From the NCBI GenBank assembly GCA_013239625.1, contig MU053487.1:1259058-1323057 (forward strand): a stretch of DNA of 64,000 nucleotides. Direction: 5' to 3'. This DNA is from Lama guanicoe (Eukaryota). The notes under the pieces were generated by a model that searched no databases, was not told the origin of the DNA, and was given only the letters and a program-made list of their open reading frames with translations. Made by a program: the position numbers and the translations under genes. Shown here in pieces: positions 63,561 to 64,000 of the stretch (the first letter of the stretch is position 1; the number at the start of each line of letters is the position of its first letter).

Positions 63561-64000
63561 AGGTATGAAAATTTGAAATGATAGTCCCTGTCTCCTTTTT
63601 TATCTAGCTATTTCTAAAATGATCTAAAGCAAAAGAAAAAGACATTTAAGGTGGAGGAAGAATGGAAGTGATTATTTTCCCTCTATTTCTTACTGATTTA
63701 AATGATGAGGCATTTTTCTTATAAGTTGACAAGCACCTATTTGTATGCTCCCAATGATAAAAATATTTTTTACTCAAAATTAAATTTCACTGGGTGCAAG
63801 TTCCAAAAAAGACTGAATATATCATATTTGGATAAACAGAATTCTATGGAATGACTTGCTAAACGAACCAGCAGTAAGCACTGGAAGAAAATGACCCAGG
63901 AAAAAAATAAGCATCTATAATGTTTCAGAAAAGGAAAATGCCAAGTTAAAGTGAATGGATGGCCATGCCCAGAAACTCTCTCACTTTGCACTCCAACTTT

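Noticed and set aside
1..64000. CRISPR array, prokaryotic operon, NUMT or non-retroviral endogenous virus
   Set aside because: No regularly spaced repeats, no long ORFs, and nothing I recognise as mitochondrial or viral beyond ERV-L; a highly decayed element could still be missed without a translated database search

Overview
AT-rich, CpG-poor mammalian genomic DNA, intergenic or deep intronic, with no recognisable cellular protein-coding exon, rRNA, true tRNA or CRISPR array. Three tRNA-Ala-like SINEs resembling the camelid Vic-1 family, plus the style of the youngest L1 3' ends, point to a camelid (camel/alpaca/llama) genome. Much of the window is interspersed repeat: L1 of several ages (some nested, some with readable target-site duplications), L2, MIR, a probable L4, MaLR/ERVL solo LTRs, a hAT MITE and two decayed ERV-L internal segments, one keeping gag, RNase H, integrase and dUTPase remnants without RT. 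The ORF track is almost entirely spurious or L1/ERV-derived. I found no convincing novel biological system. The best leads are unverified: (i) a minus-strand TATA box followed by a chain of small exons at ~29.7-31.9 kb, (ii) a perfect palindromic RFX X-box with an ETS site and inverted SOX-like sites at ~18.9-19.2 kb, (iii) a 15-nt microexon candidate at 56367-56381, and (iv) a small L1 insertion that looks twin-primed (inverted) at its very 3' end. Repeat family names come from recalled consensus similarity, and boundaries without a TSD are approximate.
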